DNA of 59,501 nucleotides, the filler included, from Sphacelaria rigidula (lineage: Eukaryota), in NCBI GenBank assembly GCA_964200075.2. It is 7 parts of 7 records of this genome, joined end to end, with 100 filler letters (N's around TTAATTAATTAA, not from the genome) between each part and the next. Parts side by side here need not be neighbours in the genome. Positions count along the whole stretch, not along the records: positions 51,089 to 59,501 come from CAXNAA020011224.1; 6 more parts are not named here. One strand, written 5' to 3'. The translations under genes and the position numbers were made by a program. The notes under the pieces were generated by a model, which made no database searches, had not been told where the DNA came from, and worked only from the letters and a program-made list of their open reading frames with translations. Positions 52,110 through 59,501 of the stretch are shown in pieces; within the stretch, counting starts at the first letter, position 1, and each line of letters begins with the position of its first letter.

Positions 52110-52304
52110 CTCGTAAAAGATGTCGACCGAGCATGTAGCGGGGCGCTCGTCTTTGTTAGGCACACCATGTTCCATTCCTCCTGGGTCTTGGGAATCATCG
52201 AGAGTCTGAGATATTACTCTGCTTCCATCATCAAACTCGATTTTCACGCTGGCAGCCATCTTCTCCGTGCATTGATTGTAGAACGGGTGGTGTTCACCAG
52301 GATT
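52110..52304 (-). CDS. Possible exon of an unidentified gene divergent from TOP6A
   Basis: TTACAG| acceptor and GAG|GTGCTG donor enclose 65 open codons (NPGEHHPFYNQCTEK...CSVDIFYE). No recognisable homology. Confidence 0.3.
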
Positions 52305-52716
52305 CTGTAATGTTTTTCGTTTGCTGTATATGTTTATATACATGACTTCAAGTCCCGTGTGTCTGAGAATACGATTGATCGATGGGAAACAAAGGTTACG
52401 ACAAAAGAGCTTTTTCGTCATAACCTTTGACGGGGCACAGTAATTTTCTGTGTAACAGGTAATCCATACCTCTTCTGCATCATTTCGCTGGTGATATTAT
52501 CGGCTTTTTAAATTACATACGTACAGAGTACTGTACAAAAATCACGCATCTATTTATATTTGTGAAAATCTTTTGATCTCGGGTCGGCACTACGGTTCTG
52601 AAGCGATATGTTGTAGAGGCTTGGGGGTTATTTCAAATGATTCAACTGTAGAGAGATCTGGGGGCGCGTACCGTCGATCGGCTTTGAGCCGGCTTTAGTG
52701 CTACCGCCACTCGATC

Positions 52717-52794
52717 ATGGCATCTCGGACTGCAAAACGAAGGTCTTCCGCTGGTGCTGACCCGATAGATCTAACGTCCAATTCCCCATCCAAG
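52717..52794 (+). CDS. TOP6A: Predicted exon 1 of DNA topoisomerase VI subunit A / SPO11-3 (MASRTAKRRSSAGADPIDLTSNSPSK)
   Basis: ATG at 52717 and a strong donor AAG|GTAAGC at 52794/52795. Phase 0 matches the acceptor at 53968-53969. Confidence 0.6.
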
Positions 52795-53969
52795 GTAAGC
52801 ACGACGTGTATCTGTAGACCCATACTCCAACCTCAAAGTCTCAAACACATCGAATGCAGCATGTACTGTAATACAACAGTACAGCCAATACAACATCGCA
52901 GCTACGAGAGCACAGCAATTTTTGAATTTCATGAACAGCAGCACACCCACGTCACAGTAGTAAGAGGGTAGACGTCGAATTGCATCCCATGTGGGGTACT
53001 GCGCGTGGTGTTAATTTGGCAATGCCAAAAGACTGCAAGAATGTGTGGGGTACGTAGATGTTGGCATCTCCAGCGAAATACCTTCCAACGATGTGATTGG
53101 TACTCTGTTCCCGCTGCGGCTCGACTGCGGCGCAACTTGTTTTTAAATTTGCGCCAAAAATAAAAGATGGTGGGCCATAGGTGGGCCATAGGTGAGCCAA
53201 GCTGCGCCTTTTGCAGAGAAACTAGTATTTTCAATGCTGGAACAGCGGTATTTTGCGCTGCGACGTGCACCGAGTCGCCCTGTTTGCTCTGCGGAGTAGG
53301 GTGTGCGCTGCCACCGTTGTCATGTGTGCTGATTGTCGTTTGAGGTCGCCATGCTGACTACTGTGTGTGCTGTCCCGCACTACTGCTACGGGTGCATGGT
53401 TGGCCCAGCTTACTCATTGTTCATCTCTGGAGCAGACTAGACCCAGAAAGGGTGCGCCTACATAGTCGACGTGAAAGGAATGAAATGCGGTGGTCTTAGG
53501 CGGACTACAGCGTCAGAAACAAATACACACGCGCGCGGAGCCTTGCACCACAGTTTTTAGGGGAGATAGCACCCCTGTTGATTTGTTTCAACTTCGATGT
53601 TTAACGACAAGAAAGGCGCTTGACGGCCGGAAGATTCCGTACGTAGATAGATTTCTTGGAGATCTCGCCGATGACACTGCTCTGGCGTCGATGTAGTACT
53701 ACAGGAATAACTCTAGAGAAAATGAGGCTGATTATTTTTTTGCCGGCGGCTGCCGAAGGTGCCATCAGGCGCAATCTACGGTACATGATTAAGTCGTGAG
53801 CACAAAACACGCTGCTTATCCACAATGTAACTGATATTTTACAGTACTGTAGGAACAGTCGCTCAAACCTATCTCATCTCGCTCACCCCAATTTTTTCAC
53901 CCGTCTTCCCTGCTGTGCATCTCCACCTCTTCTCCGCCACATATGTATGTCCTCGCAACAACACCTAAG

Positions 53970-56453
53970 GAAAAAGCCACATCTAATAAACGTTCCAACA
54001 TGGGGGCGGCGGCGTCAACCAGCGCATCCTCTCCTACCCGAGTCGGACGCCCGCGCGTCTACTCCTCTCCTAAAGCCAAATCTTCGGTAGGCGCCACCCA
54101 TGCCGGCAGCGATGATGATGACGATTTCGACTTCACTTTCGACGAGAGCGGTAGCGACGACACCTTCTCACCGGTCAAAACCTCCGGCTCGGGAAAAAAA
54201 AGAGGCACGAAAAAGAAGCTGACCAAAACCACCATCGACCCGGCCGCGAGAAAGAACAACAGCTCGGCGCAAAAATCATCATTGTTGTCGTCGCCATCGA
54301 GTGCGACAAAAAAGGGTGCAGGTAACGCCGCCGCCGCCGCCGCCTCAAAAATATCAGAAGCGGATCCCGCCACCAAGAAGGCTACCGTTAGCACTAGCAA
54401 CAGAGCAAGCACCGCCTCCGAGCAGGATAGAGGGTCAGGAGCTGATCCCCCGGGCCGCAGAGCGGCAACGAGTGGCGCCAACAATAAGCCTACAGCCACC
54501 GCCAGCGGCAACGGCGGCAGCGGCGCCGCTGTCGCTGATGGGGACCACGCTACTCCTTCGTCGGAAGTGAAAAACACGACTGTTGGTAGCAGCGGCAAGG
54601 TTACCGTTAACAGCGAAAACGGCGAGACTAATGAGACCCCGCAGGCAACGGAGAAATTGAGTAGCGCCACTGCAACCGCGAAACCCAGTTTAGCAGCGGA
54701 GACGACACCGCCAAAATCCCGCGCCCCTGCTGCTACTGCAATGTCGACCGGTACGGGCTCCGCCGTAAAAGCATCCGCTATTCGGACACCGCAGGGGAGT
54801 AGTGTTGGCGTCGGCCCCGCTTCGGCTTCGAAGCGAGCAAAAATGGCGCCGAAAATACCGGCCGAGCGCAAATTTCCGGCGGAGCCAAAGAGCACGCCAA
54901 GCAATGAGAAAGAGAAAGACGCGGACACCACCGGTGCTTCGGCGGAAACGGCCACAGCCGCCCGCACTGCTGCCTCTGTGGTTGTGATGGACGAAAGTGA
55001 CAACGGCGAGAGCAAAAGAGACGTTAAGACGAGTGGTAGCGGTAGTGGTTGCGACGACAAAGAGGGTTCAGCAGTGTCAAGCGCGAGAAAACGAAGTGAA
55101 ACTTCGGGGGCTTCAGCGGCAGAGGTAGAGGAGTCCTGGCGGGGGCGGCAACGGCCGTCGCGAGCGGTGGCGAAGAAGTCGTACGCGGAGGATTCGGATA
55201 CTGGTAGTGGTGCCTCTGAGAAAGATCGCATGGATGGTGAAAGCGACCGTGACGATGAAAGTGGCAGTGACACTGACAAAAGAACAGGCAAGAGTAGCAG
55301 TAAGGGCCGCAACACGGCAAAAGGCGGATCGAAAGCATTGGCTGCCAACGGGTCTGGCGGGAAGACAACAGCTGCTGCGGCTAGCTCTACTGCACGCCGA
55401 CAACGAGCGAACAAGAAGAAAGCGGTCGACGATATCGTCGACATCGACGACGAGGATGGCGGAGAAGAACCAGAGATGGGGACCCCGCAGAAGGGTAGAA
55501 AAGCAGCTGCCAGCGGCAAGGGAAAAGGTAAGGCGCGCGCAAACTTCAAGAAGCAGGATAATTACGATAGCGATAAAGACGGGAGTCCTCCCGTGAAGAA
55601 AAAACACGGATTTTCCCGTGCGTCGTCGGGCGTTAAAGGCGGCGGCAGCGCGGAGGACGCGTTAGCACTAGGAAGCGATGGCGACGACGACATGGGGGTC
55701 CTCGAAAATGATGAAGGTAAAGGCGATAGCGATGGAGAAGACTTGTCGCTTTCGGCGCTGGTAGAGAAAAAAAGAAGAGATGAGGGCGGCACGACCGGGT
55801 CTGCCGACGGGGTCGGCGGTAGCGGCGGCGGTGGCCACCGCCGCAACGGTAGCAGCAATACAGGGCGGAGGGGTGGCGGGGCGGTGGTGGGAAGATCAGC
55901 CAAGAAAAAGAAACAATCGCCAGTATTGTCGGAAGAGGAGTCGACGTCCGAACTAGATTATTTAGACGCCGACAGCGACAACGAGGACAACGATAGCGAG
56001 GACCATACAGGGGTCTCGGATAGTGAAGACAGTTACACCCCGACAGCAAAAAAGACAACGAGCAGAAAGAAGAAACAGGCGGCGTCGACGGCGTCGGCGG
56101 CGTCGAAACCGCGCACGTCTGCTAAGAAACGCCGGAAAGAAAGCGCAGGAGAAGGAGCGCGACGAACAGGGGCAGGAGAAACCGACGAGCCTTCTTCGTC
56201 CGGGTCGAGCCTCAGCGACAAAAGTAAAGGAAAACGAAAAGCTAGAGCGACCGACCGTGGAAGTGGTGCTCTTCCGTCGGCTAAACCTACCAAGCTTGCT
56301 GATGATGAAAAGGCCGTGTTGAAGAAGTTGCGGAGACTGAGGGATGGCATGGAGGGTGGGTCAAGTCGCTCCGGGGCGGCCGGCGGCGGAAGGGACGGAG
56401 CGGAGAGGGCTCTCACTCTGCACGAGCTTGGTCTCGGCAGTGATGTCACGGAG
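53970..56453 (+). CDS. TOP6A: Large exon 2 (828 codons) of TOP6A/SPO11-3: low-complexity S/A/K/D/G-rich disordered region ending in the start of the Top6A N-terminal region
   Basis: Lies in the 886-aa ORF 53943-56603. AG at 53968-53969 is the first AG after a pyrimidine-rich tract. Ends ...KAVLKKLRRL...ALTLHELGLGSDVTE with donor GAG|GTGGGT at 56453/56454, phase 0, in frame with the next exon. Confidence 0.8.
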
Positions 56454-56649
56454 GTGGGTTGGTACGGTACAAAATTGATGTCATGGTTGCCCGTGTTTTT
56501 CTGCATTGATCGGGTTGGTGACAAGGTTGTCGATCGCAGTTATCGCGTGTTTGTGTGTGGATCGTCGTGTCGCAGTGGTTGGTATGTGTATCGGATAGTA
56601 TAGTACCGTGTCGTCGTTGGTTAGCAGTTTTCTTCCGTGTTCCAAAAGC

Positions 56650-56890
56650 CCCCGGGGCTCACTAGTTGACCTCGATTCCTTCTAACGGTCGGGACGTGAT
56701 TTCGAATCTCGGTAAAGTCACGCTATCTGTTTTTTTTTTCATCACGTCATGCCCAGTAGTAGAGAGCGACTATGTCGTGGGTACACAAAATTCGACTTCA
56801 TGGTGGACGAGGGAATGAAACAGCTGAACCGGGATTTCGTGACTAGGAAGAGAGGTAAAGTGCGGCAAGGAAGGTGGAATGTCGTAAAAG
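56650..56890 (+). mobile_element. Degenerate SINE copy in TOP6A intron 2
   Basis: Shares the core GAGAGCGACTATGTCGTGGGTACACAAAATTCGAC. Confidence 0.7.
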
Positions 56891-57666
56891 TGCGAGTCTT
56901 CACACAGTGTGCGGTCGCTTCTGAAAATTATCTCTAACTTGTTTTTATCGCACGCCTGTGCGATACCTCCGATCCCTGTGCCGAAACCAAGTGGAATCAT
57001 CTACTCTACTTTTTTAACGCGCACGCCTGTGCGATAACTCCGACATGTTCGATCTGAACAAATCCCACCATGGGCGATACTCTTTTTAACCGCATTCCTG
57101 TGCGATAGCTCCGACACATGCGATACTGAATAAATCATACCGCTGGCGATACTGGTGTTTCATCTCACCCCTGTGTGATAGCTCCGATACGTGCGATACT
57201 GAATAGGTGTGTACCCCGGGGTCACACGAGACAGCACGACCTCACGCTCGAAAATCAGATATTCGTCGTGGTCATCGCACCCCTGTATGATGACTCCGAC
57301 CCCCTTTGCAAAAACTACATAAGACTATTCCTAGTTTGGATGCTCATCGCACAGTGCGACCAGTCCGACCGACCTGTGTGATCAGTCCGACCTGTGCGAT
57401 GACTCGCACTTTTACGGTACATAAGTAGCAAAGTATCTCCAGACCTGTAATGACGGGGCCAGCACAACGGTACACGGGAGTTGGCCCATAACACTGCTCG
57501 AGGCAGGCGTTCTCGCTGCGCTCGCCGATATTTTTGCCTGTATGCCGATGTTTTTGCCATATATGACGACATTGTTTTGCAACATATACCGACATATTCG
57601 CTCTTAATGTTTTCGTTTATTGCTACCGATTCATAACAACCCCAACAATCTTGAAATGCTGTATAG

Positions 57667-57834
57667 GTGAGGGAAATGGGAGCAGCAGGCGTGATGGACG
57701 AAATCGAACGCATAGCCGTGGAAGTAGCGCAGAGCATCATGGACGGGAAGGGGTTCAGCTTCAGAGTCCCTACGCGCAGCAGCGGCAACCAGAAGTATGT
57801 GGAGGAGCTCGACCGCATTGTTTTGGGAGACAAG
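57667..57834 (+). CDS. TOP6A: Exon 3 of TOP6A/SPO11-3; no further exon found before the scaffold ends
   Basis: TAG| acceptor and AAG|GTGCGG donor. Peptide VREMGAAGVMDEIERIAVEVAQSIMDGKGFSFRVPTRSSGNQKYVEELDRIVLGDK matches the plant/algal SPO11-3 signature G.GFSF.VP.R...NQ.YV.ELDRIVL.DK. Confidence 0.92.
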
Positions 57835-58249
57835 GTGCGGCAGTCACAAACGGTCATATTCCAGTCACATTAAGTGCGGAAGTCGTGGGACTCCCCGTGA
57901 CGGTAGAAACCGTCTAAGGTGGCCGATGATTTTCCTCGGGTTATGTAATCAAGGATTGACCGTAAGTCGTGGGGTTGAAGCAAGTGGATCACTCGGGAAA
58001 GCTCGACGAGCGCGAGCGAGGTAGCCCGGAGACGAAGTCTGGGAGTCTAAGAGAAAGAGTGATCCCCAGGGATAACCAGCAGTTCGCTTGGGAGATCCCT
58101 GTTACCTTGGGGTCCCAGATCCGTCTGTACAGATATGGGAATTTCGGGGCTCCTGGGAAAATAACCCTTATAACAGCCGTTCACTAGCTTGTGTGTGTGT
58201 ATTTTTTTTTTGTGTTGTCTCATTTATTCTGGGCGACAGTCTACACCTT

Positions 58250-58545
58250 TCGGTATATGTGGGCGCATCAGCCGGGGTCACACAAGAGGAATGTCAACAC
58301 AGGAGCTTTTACTATTATTTTTTTTCTAGTATCCCACCTTCCTTCTGCGGTGCTTGCTTTTATTTTTTGTCGCGAGAGCAGCCGTCCCTTTCCCTCGTCG
58401 ACCGTTAAGTCGAATTTTGTGTACCCACGACATAGTCGCTCTCCACTGTTGTGCATGGTGCAAGAAAAAATCCCAGATCGCTCCGGGGATCGAACCCCAC
58501 TACTCCACCGTCAGAAGGTCACGAGGTTACCAACTGAGCCACCAT
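58250..58545 (-). mobile_element. tRNA-derived SINE in a TOP6A intron
   Basis: Minus-strand head has A box TGGCTCAGTTGG and B box GGTTCGATCC, followed by the body GAGAGCGACTATGTCGTGGGTACACAAAATTCGAC. Copies at ~22005-22280 (+) and ~56650-56890 (+). Confidence 0.8.
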
Positions 58546-58658
58546 CATGAAAGGAAATCTCTCTGTACATGCCCAAATGGCAATCTCCACACAAGCGTTT
58601 TTTCGGGAGATACTTCGTGTTTTTGTCCGTCACGATTTTGGGCACCACAATATATATG

Positions 58659-58689
<31 letters not shown>

Positions 58690-59501
58690 TCTCCGGTGGC
58701 CTAGTCGTCCCACTGACACCATTTAGGGTGAAGAGAAGGTGGAGTCGATTCCTGCCAGATGCGTCAGGTTGTCTCTTCAAAGTGTCTGATTTCCACCGTC
58801 CAAAGTTTTTCCTTTTTTTCCCCTGTTCCTTCTTTTCTTCAGAGCGTGTTTCAGCTTCGTTTTTGTTGGATACGTCTATCATGAGACCACGGCTGGACCC
58901 CGGGGGGTTCAGTTAAAGTGCGACAATGAATGAATGAATCAATCAATCATCGAAGCGCGATGGTGTGAGAGGACAAAACGTCGTTGATTGAGTATGTGTG
59001 ACGAGAGTTGCCGCGGTATGGGAGGAGTGTTGACCCAATCCGCGAGACCAAAATGCAAGGTATGTACTGGGGGGGGAGGGAAATGGGTTGATCACCTGAG
59101 ACCACGGGCTCGTCCCGACGGGGGGGGAGCTTGAGCCTGTGACAATGAGTGCTGCCGCGATAGCCCCCCCAAAACAAAATCAAAAACAGCCAGAATACGC
59201 TCCGAACCAGCCCCAAACCTGTATTGAAAAAACATGGTAATACAGCGCATGATAGCTGGTTTCAGACTACTTAAAGTGCCTCATATTGGGGACGTTGTCG
59301 ACAACGATCCCACGGGTGGGAGTCCCCTACTGCTCGGCGTGATCCGCTCTTGTCATTTTTTATTTACATGTAGATTTTGCCTCCTCAAACCGACCACTTT
59401 TCTGTGTGTGTGTGGGGGGGGGGGGGGGTTACTACTTTTTTGCTTTCTTTTTTCTTTTGCCCATTGCTATAGCTTCCCTTCTGTTATGGGGGGGGGGGGG
59501 G

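Noticed and set aside
54059-56524. Long antisense ORFs (496 aa, 163 aa and others)
   Set aside because: Shadows of the GC-rich, low-complexity sense exon of TOP6A.
56454-56603. C-terminal tail of the 886-aa ORF (VGWYGTK...)
   Set aside because: Read-through into intron 2 beyond the donor at 56454.
57667-57834. Meiotic SPO11-1/SPO11-2
   Set aside because: The NQ.YV.ELDRIVL.DK signature is characteristic of the SPO11-3/Top6A clade.
58465-58545. tRNA gene
   Set aside because: It has A/B boxes but no convincing cloverleaf, and it is attached to a multi-copy body, so it is a SINE head.

Overview
Eukaryotic, repeat-rich DNA, most likely from a brown alga or related ochrophyte (inferred from ~50% GC, GT-AG introns of up to several kb, TTAGGG motifs and the gene types). 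The window is not one locus. It is seven scaffolds of 8413-8415 bp (1-8415, 8516-16930, 17031-25445, 25546-33960, 34061-42474, 42575-50988, 51089-59501) joined by artificial 100-bp N44-TTAATTAATTAA-N44 linkers, so no neighbourhood inference across linkers is valid. Host genes supported by the sequence: the 5' part of a TOP6A/SPO11-3 gene with a ~800-aa disordered N-terminal extension (3 exons), the last exon of a long-chain polyprenyl diphosphate synthase, and the last three exons of an Ig-like-domain hypothetical protein. The rest is mostly transposon material: two Ty3/gypsy chromovirus-like elements (one RT-less with both LTRs and a TSD), hAT and pogo transposase pseudogenes, a tRNA-derived SINE, a ~100-bp piggyBac-type MITE family, a MITE carrying telomere-like repeats, a retroposon that appears to target G-tracts, foldback elements, and a ~264-bp satellite with a conserved hairpin. 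I found no prokaryote-type system such as CRISPR. Protein family calls come from motif recognition, not database searches.
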